A DNA stretch of 63,819 nt, filler included, from Octopus bimaculoides (GCF_001194135.2; 6 parts of 6 records of this genome joined end to end with filler, not necessarily neighbours in it), one strand, 5' to 3'; shown: positions 13,381 through 26,760, numbered from the whole stretch's first letter. The notes: a model not told the origin generated them from the sequence alone. A program made the numbers and translations.

Positions 13381-15165
13381 GTAATTTCTTTATTAACCAT
13401 GAAGGTTGAAAAATAGAGTGGACAATACAAGGACAGACAAAGGGTTGGGGGAGAATGGAACATATAATCGATGATAAACGTGTGTAAATTTCGGATGAGA
13501 ATTAAAAATGAATAAAAAACATTTAATGAAGTGAGGCACGTGGCCGACCACACAAACCACATTCCAACACTGAATCCTTTGGTAGACTCTTTAATTTCTC
13601 GCTCAAACAGGTTCATTTAATCTCAACAGTCTTGCAAGAGTCACCCATCATTTCCGAAATATTCTGCGCGACAGGCATCTCCTCTCCATCCTTATTTTTC
13701 TTTGCATATGGAAAAGGAAAAGGTTCACCAACCGAAAGCTGGAGATGAAAGTGTCTGTCGCGATCCCTTTCACTCTGGTCTTCCACACTACTTCCTTCGT
13801 GGTAGCTACTACGCAGAGGAAACAAGACGGCGGAACAATCTTAATTATAAACTCGGTTGACAGTTGTACTCTTCTCAGATGCAACAACAGTTGCGATTCA
13901 CGTCTAAGACGACCAACCTGCCCTCCGGGACTACAAAGACAATTCTTAACTCTAAACCCAGATTTTTCCCGAGTATGACTGCAACTCCTCCTCCACCTCC
14001 AGGTTGGCTTGGAGAAATAAATTTCTCCTAACCCTTTTGGGAGAAGAGAAAAAGGCTGCAGCCCACTCAGCTTGGTTTCGGTAGTAACTACAAAATGCAA
14101 ACTAATCAACCTGTGGTCGCCAAAGAGGCAGCTTTGCTTCCTATCCGAACCCATGCCTCGCACATTTATGCAACCTCCGTTGAGCGAGAACATGAAGCAA
14201 TCTTACATTTCAGAGAGGGAGAATGGTCTTCCATCCTCCTCCGCTTTCTCTTGCGTCGTGGATGGGGGGGGGGGGCTTTATGAATGGTTGATATAAACAG
14301 ACCAACATCCTCTTTGAATGTCATTTTTAAGGTTGCATAGCCTAATGAGTCAATTTTAATGAATTGTATGTGGGATGGGATAGATGGGTTCTCGGGTACA
14401 CGGAATGGAGAAGCAGATGCAAAGTTTTGTATAACTTGTGTTAGTTTTTCATTTTTGGTGTTTATAGAGGTAATCTTTATTGCTGGGGAATTTTGGGAGT
14501 TTGTGTGTATGTGTGTATGTGTGTATGTGGTGTTATTTGAGTTGGTGGGAATGCTGGTGTCAGAGGGAGTGCGAAGGGGTCTCTTACGTTTTCTGCTTTT
14601 CTTTTTTCGGGTGATCGTACCCCATTCCGTGTCTTCTTTGGGTGGTAGTTGCGTTCCCGTCTCTTCCACCGTTCTTTTTGTCGCTTCTTTAGGCGGCTGG
14701 CTTTCTTTTGGTAGCTGGCTTTCTTTCTCTGGTGAATCTTCGAACGTTGTTGGTTTGTTGGTGGTCTTCGATGGTGGAGGGCATACTGATCTTATGTGGC
14801 CTTTTTGGCCACACTTGTAACATCTCGGTCTTCGTCCCTCCACCACGACCCCTAGGCTGGTGTCTTCGATTAAAATGGACTCTTTACAATAAATGTCTTG
14901 TAGAACACGGTCCTTTTCTGGGTGGTAAGCGTTACTTCGCTGGGTGCGTTTATTCTAATATCAAAACCATCTCTTGAAAGTATTCCGCTGTATTTGTCCA
15001 GTTCTTTTCTCCCGTAGAAACGCCTCTTTTATTCACACCGGCGGGCTGCAGTAAAATTGGTACTTTTTTTAACAACTTTTAGTTGGATATTTATTTCGGG
15101 TTCAACCGCATCTTTCTATAGACGGATGGTAGAGTAGGGATGTGACAATACCTTGGGGGAAACCC
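13381..15165 (-). mobile_element. L1/Tx1-like non-LTR element: ORF1 + endonuclease N-terminus + ORF2 C-terminus + 3' UTR, internally deleted
   Basis: ORF1 knuckle VVEGRRPRCYKCGQKGHIRSVC. APE start GCINVRG...TETKL (from about 14193). Jump near 13870 to RRVQLS...KEVVWKTRVKG. AATAAA on the minus strand at 13389-13394. Confidence 0.85.
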
Positions 15166-15169
15166 AAGG

Positions 15170-15680
15170 TCTCGATGATAATCAAATGGCCAGTCTGTTC
15201 CAAAGTATATTCGGGCTGAAGACCTGGATAACTTTCAGAAGTCTCTGGCTTGGCAGTGTTACCGCGGAGCCTAGCCCGCTCGAGACAAGCTCACAAGACA
15301 CGGTTGCCCCGGCCTATTGACCTGTCCAAGATGCGGACAGGATAGGGAAACCGACCTGCATGATATTGTTCAGTGCTCGGAGGTGTCGGACGTGTGGGCT
15401 TGTGCTGAACAACTGTTGTCGCGGACAAGAAGAGTACAGCTGTCGTCTGAGTCAGTTCTAAAAATTGACCCACCTGGTTCCTTTTCGAAAGAAGGTAAGA
15501 ATTGTCTTCTCGTAGTAGTAGTAGTAGCAATTACGAAAGAGGTGATATGGAAGACTAGAGTAAAAGGACTGAAGACAGGTAGCTACGTCTCTGGCTCTGC
15601 ATTGGTGAAATCTTTTCATTTTTCACCTGAAAAAAAAATGTAGCTAGAGAAAAGATTCCTGTCGGCGAAAATGTTCACTA
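15170..15680 (+). mobile_element. L1/Tx1-like ORF2 C-terminal fragment (zf-RVT-type cysteine-rich domain)
   Basis: LDNFQKSLAWQCYRGA*PARDKLTRHG..TCPRCGQDRETDLHDIVQC...W...KEVIWKTRVKG. Confidence 0.85.
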
Positions 15681-15681
15681 C

Positions 15682-15805
15682 TCGATCCGAAAGGATAAAA
15701 GGCAAAGTCGACCTCAGTGGAATTTGAACTTAGAACGTAAAGACAGACGAAATACCGTTAAGCACTTCGTCCGGCGTGCTAACGTTTCTGCCAGTTCACC
15801 GCCTT
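15682..15805 (-). mobile_element. SINE family B 5' half
   Basis: ggcaaagtcgacctc...gaatttgaac...gctaacgtttctgccag...cgcct; A- and B-box on the minus strand. Confidence 0.85.
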
Positions 15806-16978
15806 ATTCGCCTTATTCTGGGTACAGTGACAATGATTGGGAGGAGGACAACGACGAGTGCCCCGTCGGCGACGTCACTAACGACGGCTAGCGACAATTA
15901 CGAAAGAAACAACGTTAACGAAGATGATGACGATGATGATGTGGTGATATTCATGATCATAACCGTGACAATTATAATGGTTAAATCAACGATAATGATG
16001 GCAAAGACGTTTCATATAAATTATGACATTCATGCTAATTATTTCTGTTCATAAGTGTGACAATTTATACATTGATTATGAAGATAAAGGTGATAAAAAC
16101 AAAAAGAAAACTCAACCAAAAATAGAGAAAATATTTAAATGATCTATAATATTTAAAACTCGGCTATGGGTGGGGCTTAAGATATATTTAATTTTACTAT
16201 TATATTTTGTATTATTTATTTTACTTTATAATTCTTAATTTTTATGTGAAATTAAAAAAAATTCTGTTGATATCCCGTTGTTTTCTTCTTATACCATTTA
16301 CGTGTTTGATCAATAATCAATAAAACAGAAAAATATTGTAATATAAACGAACAACCACATGATGACTAAATGCTAAATGAACAAAAAACCTACAAAAACG
16401 TAACTGAATATCAATAAGAATAAACAATATCAGTAATTATGAAAATATCAATCAATAGTTTTGATTAGATTCCAGGAGGCATTTTGAAAGTTAGCTAGCT
16501 TGAAGATCAATTTTGACGGGTTCGTGTTGGCAGTGAATTCTTCGTTTGCCATTAGGACGTGTGAAAACTGTAGCGTAAATCGGTGAAAGACAGAACGCAT
16601 CTAGAGTGTTATGTATAATACATTAGTCTTTTGATACAATTTGCTTCAGAAGTGCCAACATGCAATCATAAAAACATGTAAATGTGTGTGTTCATANNNN
16701 NNNNNNNNNNNNNNNNNNNNNNNNNNNNNNNNNNNNNNNNNNNNNNNNNNNNNNNNNNNNNNNNNNNNNNNNNNNNNNNNNNNNNNNNNNNNNNNNNNNN
16801 NNNNNNNNNNNNNNNNNNNNNNNNNNNNNNNNNNNNNNNNNNNNNNNNNNNNNNNNNNNNNNNNNNNNNNNNNNNNNNNNNNNNNNNNNNNNNNNNNNNN
16901 NNNNNNNNNNNNNNNNNNNNNNNNNNNNNNNNNNNNNNNNNNNNNNNNNNNNNNNNNNNNNNNNNNNNNNNNNNNNNN

Positions 16979-17064
16979 CTTCTTCTTCTTCTTCTTCTTC
17001 TTCTTCTTCTTCTTCTTCTTCTTCTTCTTCTTCTTCTTCTTCTTCTTCTTCTTCTTCTTCTTCT
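16979..17064. repeat. (CTT)n microsatellite at a gap edge
   Basis: Direct reading. Confidence 0.95.
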
Positions 17065-17065
17065 A

Positions 17066-17600
17066 CATTGGAGGAAAAGGCACGCTTCTCTTGGCTCTGT
17101 AAAATACATGTTTTTTTTTCAAACATTTCATTCAAATTAGGACGTGTTTTGTTTAAAACTTTTGTCACGTGTAAAGAAGACGTGGCCTACTTCGTTTTGG
17201 TGAGTTTTCCGTTTCCCCCTTCCTCGGCAAAAGGGAATTGTCTGATTTTGAACTATGTTTTGCAAAATCTGTTTTTATTTGAGAAGAAATCAAAGAAAAA
17301 GTTTTTTAAATGTTTATGAAGAGGTACCAGTATTCGGAAATGTAACAGGGAAGGATTGAAAGTTTGTGTAAATGAAAAAGCGACGGCAAGACGGGGAGTG
17401 ATGCATACATTAAGCGACTGTCTAACTTGAAACACTACGGTGGTAGCTTTTACGACAGACGACAACAGGGAGAAAAGAATATCAGTTTTGTCTGCTTCTG
17501 ATTTTGATGGAAAAAAGACCATCGTTATAAACATCACAAAAAAACAAGTAAAATGATGAAAGTAGCAGCAATGACAGAAATAACGAGACTGGAATGTTTC
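17066..17600 (+). promoter_or_regulatory. Possible promoter or first-exon region
   Basis: Non-repetitive and locally CpG-richer. CACGTG at 17166-17171 and a consensus donor TTG|GTGAGT at 17199/17200. Confidence 0.3.
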
Positions 17601-17696
17601 TGCAATAACCAGAAGTGGATTAAAGGAAGGATATGCAGAAAAAATATGAAAGCGATATTATTCTTCTAGGATTCACAAAATTTCCAATCGCTGAGA

Positions 17697-18158
17697 TGTA
17701 TGTATGTATGTATGTATGTATGTATGTATGTATGCATGTATGTATGTATGTATGTGTGTATAAATGTATGTATGTATATATGCATATGTATATGTATATA
17801 TGTATGTGTGTGTATATATATGTATATATATGTGTATATATATATGTGTGTGTATATACATATGTATATATATATGTATATATATATGTATATTTGGGTA
17901 TATATATATATGTATATATGCATATATGTGTATATATGTATATGTACATATATGTGCATATATGTATATGTGTATATATGTGTATACATATATATATATG
18001 TATATATATATGTATGTATATGTATCTATATATATGTATGTATATATGTATATATATGTATATAAGTATGTATATATATACATAGATACACACACACGCA
18101 CACACACTAAGACACACATATATATATATAAAGAGAGAAAGAGAGAGAGAGAGAGAGA
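17697..18158. repeat. Compound (ATGT)n / (AT,GT) low-complexity / (AG)n microsatellite block
   Basis: Direct reading; source of many spurious ORFs. Confidence 0.95.
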
Positions 18159-18689
18159 GATGACGTTTCTGAATATGTACAAAAACAAATACAAGTACAA
18201 GTAGAAGTAACGTACTCGAATTGAACAACTATCTCCTCCAACACGTCACCTCAAGTCGCTGTAGTCCAATGAGTGTTGATGGCATAAGACTAGGAGGGAA
18301 TAAATATGCGCATGTGTATGTTATAAAATTCAATTTCAACATATGAGCGTACCGTTATTTCGTCAAATGTAAGAATTACTTGTAGAAATAAATTGCGGAG
18401 TAGCTACCTACATGACATTAACAAGGCCTCACGGAAACGAAATGCATCCGGCCTTCTGGCTAGATCAGCTGGTACGACTTCCCTTTGTCTCTGATACACT
18501 GTATATCGTGTTATATATTAGTTCAAATTTCAAGAAGACAAATTCAGGCACTCATCTAATGGATAATCTATATTATGTGACATGTGTATAATCTAAAATA
18601 ATTCAATTTTAAATTTCTGTTTTCTTACTTACAACAATCATACTGTTTTATTATAATACTACAATATGGTATTGTCGAAGATTGTACTG

Positions 18690-20900
18690 AAGTATACACT
18701 CCAATACACCACACTTCAATTTAAAGGACCATAAATCTGATTTTAATATCAATCCTACTATAAGATTAATTTGTCCAACCAAGTCAGACCTTGGCAGAAT
18801 CAGTAAAAATATACTTGACAGGATTATACCTATAGTGAAGAAAAAACTCAATTGTAACCTTTGGTTTAACGCAGGAGAAGTTATAACTTGGTTCCATTTA
18901 CTACCAAATAAGACTAACTCTTCCTTCTTGCAATTTGACATTACTAGCTATTCTGCCTGTATACCACCGATCATATTAAACAAAGCTATAATTTTAGCTA
19001 GAAGTCTCTTCGATATTACATCATTTGAAATCGATATAATACAATTAGCTAGAAAAGCACTTATTAAGTTTAATGATAAATTATGGTGCCGTGCTGCAAG
19101 TAATAATTCATTTGATGGGATCTTTTGATTCTGTACAAATCACGGACCTGGTAGGGTTATACCTAGTACACAAGACCAGACAATATTTCCCTTCTCTCAA
19201 AGGAAGATTATATAGAGATGACACTCTCCTGATATATAATGGCCGATCCAAAAGGAAAATAGGAAAAATAAGGGAAGAACTCCATAATTTCTTTTAAAAC
19301 TTTGGTTTATCTATTTCCTTCGAAGAAAGCTGTAATTCTTTAGCTGTAAATCTGGACCTAAATACCTCCACTTATCCTCCTTTCCACAAAACTAATGAAT
19401 ACCCTAAATATATAAACATTCATTCTAGCCATCATAAATCATTACTTAAGAGTATTATAAACAGTATATCTATTAGAATCTCAGATCTCTCCTATTATGA
19501 AGAAATATTCAATTATCACCCAAACTATTAAAATCAAGCTTTAGATGTAAGTGGATTTAAACAAGATATTAAACATATAAAAGATACAAAACTTAAGAAT
19601 TATAGAGCAGAATTATAAGAATTATAAACCAAACTACACATAATATCAAATTAAGAAATACAACTAACCTTACCTCTAACAATAATATTCAATTAATACA
19701 AAAAGATCAAACCTCCGTAAGACATGACAAAAAACCTAGAAAATGCTATAGTAGACATAGAACCGAATATAAAATAACATAAGACACTCGGCAAATACCA
19801 TAAAAATTCCCAAAACAGTATATGACTATAATAAATTATCTAGTAGTAGTGGAAATAGGGAAATTATTTGGTACACATCCCCATTTTCAATAAATGGTAA
19901 AGGACTAGCAAAAACATTTCTAAACATCGTCAAAAATAGTTTTGCCAATAATCATAAGTATCACCATACATTTAATAGATCAACAATTAAAATATCTTTC
20001 TCTACAGTGCGGAACATAGGATCAATTATCGCAAGCTCTAATAGACGAAAACTTAATAAATACATATATAGTTTAAGAAATAATACTAACAATTATAATA
20101 CTAGTAATGAAATATACAATAGTTCTATAACACCAAATAATACACCAGTTCAATAGATAACATTACGAGAGTACATAGCTATACTATAACATTAACTAAA
20201 TCTCAACAAAATTCCAATAATTATACATCTCAAAATATGCAAACCGATGGATATGACAGGACTTTAGATAATTCAATACCACAATCTAATAACAATAGTA
20301 ATATGCAAACAGTAAATTTACCAAATTCTATTATAAATGATTCTACAACAAATTCAAATACAAAACCACACACCATAACAAATAATCATAACAGTATTAA
20401 ATATTATACCACGGAACTGAAACATACATCTAAATATTGCACATGTAAAACAAAAAATCATATTCTTTAGATGGCAAATGTAGAAGGTTCAACGTTATAT
20501 ATAAGTGTACTGTTGCTAAAATTGCAAACTCACATAATAATGTATATATAGGGAGTTTCATTAACTTTAAACAAAGATTTTTAGCACATATACAATCATT
20601 TAAGCCGAATATTACGAATAACACTACTTTATTGGCTACATATGTACATAAACTAAAAAAAAAACAAAAAAAAAACGTTAACTATAAATTATTCTAGTAA
20701 ATTATAGACTCAGCTGCACGATATACCCATAAATCTTCTATCCGCTGTCTATGTACAAAAGAATCGCTATACATATTACTATATAAACAAAATAATTTAA
20801 TTAATCGCTAATCGGAAACATTATCCACATGTAGACATACGTTTTATAAAAATTTTAAACACTATAAGAGATCATCAAGATAAGATTCACATTAATATCT
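18690..20900 (+). mobile_element. Penelope-like retroelement (RT + C-terminal GIY-YIG; Naiad-like), decayed but domain-complete
   Basis: LKDHK..F..NP..RLI.PTKSDLGRISK.ILD (18721), MGSFD (19115), YRDD (19211), YINIHSSH, WYTSPFS...FNRSTIKISFS, CTC...LDGKC...VIYKCTV (20494), VYIG (20542), C.C and CRH (20830). Many stops and frameshifts. Confidence 0.85.
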
Positions 20901-21613
20901 TGTATTTCATAGTGGTATCATAATAAAATAGTAGGATTGTTGCAAGTAAGAAAATAGAAACTCAAAATTGAATTATTTTAGATTATACACATGTTCACAT
21001 AATATAGATTATCCATTAGATGAGTGCCTGAAATGTGTCTTCTTGAAATTTGAACCTGTACTCTTCTAATATATAACAAATTGATTTTAGATATAATACT
21101 TTAAATATAACACATTAATTTACTCTATACTGGGTCATCACACGGCTATTTTTGTATATATATAAAATATAATAATGATATCTTCCAGTTTTGTCTATAT
21201 AACTGCAAAAGCAACAATTAACCAGTTATTCTTTTCACTTATGGATTACAAACTGAAGAGAAAAGGAATTATGCGACTTCTTATCTACACAGTCATTACA
21301 GATTCTTACGAAGGATTTTACCATGGATTTATATTATTTTTTCAAGCATTTTAGCCCACATTGATACCAATACACATCTATACCAATAAGTTTTTACACA
21401 AAAAACTTTTATCATACGACTTTAAATGGCATGTCTATCATTCGATTGACTACCCGGAAATTCAGCCTTTTCTCTAATGAGTAGATATACCACCTAATAA
21501 TGATTATCAACTTTGGATTTCATTTCGAAGGGTAGTACATTCATAAAACGACTGTAAGATCTCAAATCTTTTCAAATAATCATGACTGAAACAAGTAAAA
21601 GAGTAAAAGAGTA

Positions 21614-21644
<31 letters not shown>

Positions 21645-22289
21645 CGTATGTATGTATGTATGTACGTATGTATGTATGTATGTATACGCGTGAACACATG
21701 TGTCTAGGCTGTATATATTTGGAACATTATTCTTCTTAGTATTTTAGTTTTAGATTTTAATTTTATATATTCAGAAACGTAATACGCTTCCCACTAGTAC
21801 AGAAGTTAGAATTCATTGTCTCACATTAAAATTTTTATTTGTAAAATATTCTAGTTTCATACTTTATAAATCGTAATAAGTTTCTAATGTTTGCATACAT
21901 TTAACCTCTTCATATAAATTAGCACTCCGATTCATAGAAAATAACGGGTGAATACATATTATACAATATTATAAACAGTTTCCGTATGAAAAGTTTATAC
22001 ATGAGAACAACTCTGCGTACAATTCTGAGAAAGGTCTACAGTTTTATTGAAAGTTTATAAATTCTTGTGACGTCATCGATATAGAATTCTCGCTGGTAAG
22101 AATAACGTTTCTAAAATGGATAGAGAAAATTCGAACGATTGATTTCATGCAATAGTAAAGCGCCTGTCATATCTACAAGAAATGTGGGTTCGAGCCTAAC
22201 AGGCATTCTTCGACTTTTTCGATCTCAAAAGGCTTTTCAAGCCAGTATTTATGGCTCTATATGTACTTCGAGAACCAATTCTTTAAAAG

Positions 22290-22347
<58 letters not shown>

Positions 22348-22538
22348 AATCGATACTCATTCAAACAAATACGTAAATGTAGCCTAGACATCACAATCTT
22401 AATACGGACGAAACAGTATTATCAAAATCGATTTTATTCCGTGTAGATTTTCTANNNNNNNNNNAATATTTTGATAGCATGACTGTCCAGAAATACACAA
22501 TGTATGCATCAGTGTTTTCGTATACGTGTATGTATGTG

Positions 22539-22613
<75 letters not shown>

Positions 22614-22747
22614 GTACACACACACACATATATATATATATGTACACACATATATACAATACCATGTGTGTATCATAACACCGTTGGTAGTCATGTTCCC
22701 GTGAATTTTGTCTAAGAGAAAATCTCTTGAGCGATATGAGTTTAGTC

Positions 22748-22830
22748 CAGTGTTTCTCAACCATTTTCTTTTTTTTTTTTTTTACCTGTGGACCACTTTC
22801 ATTGCTATTTCATTCTGGTGTAACCCATAG
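22748..22830 (+). mobile_element. hAT/Charlie-type terminus
   Basis: CAGTGTTTCTCAACC terminus; a similar end occurs at 49457. No matching right TIR found. Confidence 0.4.
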
Positions 22831-23054
22831 TCATTCAACGTTTTAAAATAAGTTTTATAGATATAACTACAAAGATTCTTATTTTGTTTGTCATAAGTTT
22901 ACTTGTGTCGGTTTGCAATAGCTTTTATCGAAAGAACATGTTTCAGTGGCTGGAAACTTGTTAAACTATGTAAAACGTCGGAGAAAGAGACGTAGCAATT
23001 TCTGGCAACAAATACATTTAAAGTCAAATTTTTTAAACAATTTACTATTTCGTT

Positions 23055-23160
23055 TGATTTGACCCCCCCGCCCCAATCTTATATGGATTCCTAGTATACA
23101 TTATCATATATGATTTGACCCCACCTCCAAATCTTATATGGATTACAGTATACATTAGAG
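23055..23160 (+). repeat. About 55-bp tandem duplication
   Basis: tttgacccc...aatcttatatggatt..agtatacatta occurs twice. Confidence 0.8.
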
Positions 23161-23822
23161 CGAGACGAACTTCATCGAAGCAGTAACTCACGAGAAAGAT
23201 TATCAGGTTTTGTCCTTTTTTGAAGATTGTCAATTGCCATGTTCCTGTTTGACGAAATTCATAGACATCACAGGGATGACAAACACAAAATAGGGCGAAA
23301 CATTTCTGTCGTTCTCTTATTGGTACGACGATGTTTGCCTTGTTCCAATATGTATTGTGTTTTAGTACAACATATCTATGAAGAAATTTTCATTCAGACG
23401 AAAACAAAGCATAATGCCTTTCAAGGTGTATGTACGTTTAGTATGGTGCAGTGATGTCATACACACATGCATACATACTAAATACATACATACAAACATA
23501 CATATATGCATACATACATGCATACGTACATACATATATTATATATGTATATACGAATGTATATATATATATATATGAATATACGTATAGTCTTTAGTCT
23601 TTTAATCATTATACGTTTCAGCTCAAATGCTGTGGCACCGCCAGTCGAAATTACAAGGATCATCTGGATATCGACTGAGGAAAGAAAACTCCGAATGACC
23701 TGTCCTTGTTTCCTTGTATCGTTTATCGGGATGTTTTGTCCCTTTCTTGTATCACCTAACTGTCTGGATGTTTTCCGTCCTTGTCCCATTTTGTATTATT
23801 TATGCATATATATATATATATA

Positions 23823-23922
23823 NNNNNNNNNNNNNNNNNNNNNNNNNNNNNNNNNNNNNNNNNNNNTTAATTAATTAANNNNNNNNNNNNNNNNNNNNNN
23901 NNNNNNNNNNNNNNNNNNNNNN
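23823..23922. other. Artificial 100-bp contig linker (44 N + TTAATTAATTAA + 44 N)
   Basis: Identical geometry at 44260-44359, 46964-47063, 59501-59600 and 61731-61830. The 12-mer puts a stop codon in all six frames. Confidence 0.9.
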
Positions 23923-23931
23923 TATAACCAA

Positions 23932-24050
<119 letters not shown>

Positions 24051-24539
24051 TCCCTTCCCACCTCTCTCTCTCTCACACACACACTCCCTTCCCCCGCTCT
24101 CTCTCTCTGTGCTTCTCCCATGATTATGCTAATATCATGTTTTGCAATCCCTGATTTTCATTTCGTATTCCTTAGCAATTATTTTCATGGGTTTCTCTCA
24201 TTAGAACGCAGCCTTGACTTTGGTAGGGAGAGAATCAGTTGAATGCCCTAAATAGGAGATAGGTATTCAACATTTCTTCTACCCCCAATAACTGAGAAGT
24301 AAAACAGCAACCGGTAAGAATCTTTGAAATACTGGAAAGCTGTTGTCAAAAACTCCAGAATGATCAAACCTTTAATCAAAGAAGTTCCACCCAGGACCAT
24401 CCTTAAGAGTATTTTGATCTACGTTATCGAGAACCATTTTTAAGACGTTAGGATATGACTCAAAAGACATTTCGCTGTTATTTCTAGCTGTTGAATAGAG
24501 GCTACTCAATAGCTGAGAATGGCTAACCTACATTACACT

Positions 24540-24750
24540 AAGGGGCATAGGGCCGGATTCCTGGTTTCTCTGTTGGACAGACGCTGGTCTGTCACAGGAT
24601 TACTCATTTTTGCCAGCTGAGTGGACAGGAGCAACGGGAAATGAAGTGTTTTGCTCAAGAACACAACGCGTCGCCCGGTTCAGGAATCGAAATCACAATT
24701 TTACGATCATGAGTCCAACACCTTAACCTCTAAGCCATGTGCCCCCTCAT
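24540..24750 (-). mobile_element. tRNA-derived SINE family C
   Basis: Minus strand reads ggcacatggcttagaggtta...ttcgattcc...gttgtgttcttgagcaaaacact; homologous to 40315-40470. Confidence 0.8.
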
Positions 24751-25217
24751 CCATTAATTGGGAATGCTGAAACCTATTCCATCTTCGGAGTATTGATGGT
24801 TCGACCACAATAATTGGTTATGTTTCTGTGTTTTTTCCTTTCTAGTTCTGCGATCTTCGCATTTGCAATGTTTTATTATGGCTGCAGTGACAGGAATGAG
24901 TTTGGAAACGAGATATATGGCAAAAACTGTATCAAAGGTTTATGGTCGGGAATGACAAGCGAATCAATTAGAAATGAGAAAAGAGAGGGTTCCGGAGTAA
25001 GTCACTACTCCTCCGGGGAATATTTTTTATATGGCCATTGGTGTGCCATTTAGTGCCCAGGCCCCACCACAAACACCACCACCACCATCACCACCACCAA
25101 TTCTTACGAGACAAACGAATCCGTTGTGTTAGGTCCAGCCCAAGCTTATCATATTTACTACAGACACTACAAACTTAATTTCGTAATTTTTACCGGAAAG
25201 ACAGGAATGTTGGTCTC

Positions 25218-25385
25218 AAATTTTGGTCTCAAATTTCGGGGGAGGAGGGGTTAAGTCCATTACACCAACCCCAGTACTCGACTGGTACTTATTTTATCGG
25301 TCCTGATAAGATGAAAGGCAAAGTCGGACGAGATGCCGCTAAGCATTTTTTCCGGTGCGATAAAGATTCTGCCAGCTCGCTGCCT
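25218..25385 (-). mobile_element. SINE family B copy
   Basis: Shared ctggtacttattttatcg...gatgaaaggcaaagtcg core. Confidence 0.8.
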
Positions 25386-25623
25386 CATAAGACAGGATTA
25401 TTGTTTGTTTGTTTTGGTTTGAATACATTTTCTGTGCCCAGCGTTTTAGGAAATTTCATTTCTGAAATTTATTCCGATGTTGTTCCTCGTCCATGCAAAG
25501 CAATCATTCGGAGAAAGCAGACGATAAGTGATAGTATTTGTTCGGCAATTTCCGTAAATATCTTTCATTAAAAAAATTGTTTTTCAGCTGAATCGTTTAT
25601 GTGTATGTATGTATGTATGTATG

Positions 25624-25654
<31 letters not shown>

Positions 25655-25837
25655 GTATGTATGTATGTAAGTATGTATGTATGTATGTATGTATGTATGT
25701 TTGGTATGTATGTATATCATTATTCAGCTTATTTCAAGATTTCTTGCCAAAAGAGAATGAACTGGTTTCTAACCTAGATCCAAGAATCCTTCATTGGAAT
25801 TTCAACATCAACAACGGTATATTTGTTTGAATGTATG

Positions 25838-25871
<34 letters not shown>

Positions 25872-26029
25872 TGTATGTGTTTATGTGCATATATGTATGT
25901 ATACTTATGTGTGTACGTGTAGTAAAACAACAACTGTATGAGTGAGACAATCCTTTCCAAGTCATTTGGTGGCATTCACCAACGATTGAGTCTTTACATT
26001 GTTTACTTGGCCATGAACCAGATCTGATA

Positions 26030-26760
26030 CTCATTGTGTTCATTTTCTCCGAGATCTACCAATATGACCCACCCCAAGGTCCAGTCCTTGTTGCAGTGTG
26101 ATGGCTTGCATGCCTCAATGACCCTGAGAGCTATGGCAGCAGAATGTAAGCCTTTGGTAGGGCCTCCCATACTGGACAGGGCAAAAGATTTGGGGAAGAC
26201 AAATATGGGTCACCTTTTTTCCCCAGAGTTAAACATAGGCTTGTGTAGGGCAAACACTTTTACCTAGAAGAAAGAAAATAAAAGAAAAGAAAACCAAGGT
26301 ACAGCAACATGGATGAATATTCAAAACCAACAAGGTTTGGAAGAAGACCAGAGTAAAAAAAAAAAATGGAGGAAAATTGGCGACGGCCAATGGCAGCGAA
26401 AGGCTTGAGTAAATGTACCAACCTGAAATAGAGATATTTAACACGGAGATAATTAATATAGAACTCCTTTGGCACACCTGATGACCTCTGGTGGAATTCC
26501 ATCCGATTTCGGTGCCTTCCCGGCGAGCAAGCCATCAATGGCTCTGTTCAGTTCTCCAGCAGCCGGCAATGCTTCCAGCTCCTTCGTGATGCAGTAGCAT
26601 CGATGGAGAGCATCTTCAAATGCAGTCACTGCATGCTGCACTGCCAGTCCCGTGTGGGATTGTGCAGCCTCAACAACCATCAGCAGCTGACACAAAATAC
26701 TCCAGGCGCAGACCCAGGGTCTTCCGAGACCGACTGGTGCCATAGATACATAATCCAATA
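26030..26760 (-). mobile_element. RTE-clade LINE fragment
   Basis: ELNRAIDGLLAGKAPKSDGIPPEV resembles the pre-RT K(A/S)PGxDGIP motif of RTE LINEs. The extent is approximate. Confidence 0.65.

Noticed and set aside
20430-20840. Selenocysteine TGA in the Naiad-like GIY-YIG region
   Set aside because: The readable Cys positions are TGC/TGT; disruptions look like ordinary decay.
21010-21075. Hammerhead in the Penelope 3' region (AGATGAG...GAAAT)
   Set aside because: The core is degenerate and stem II does not pair convincingly.
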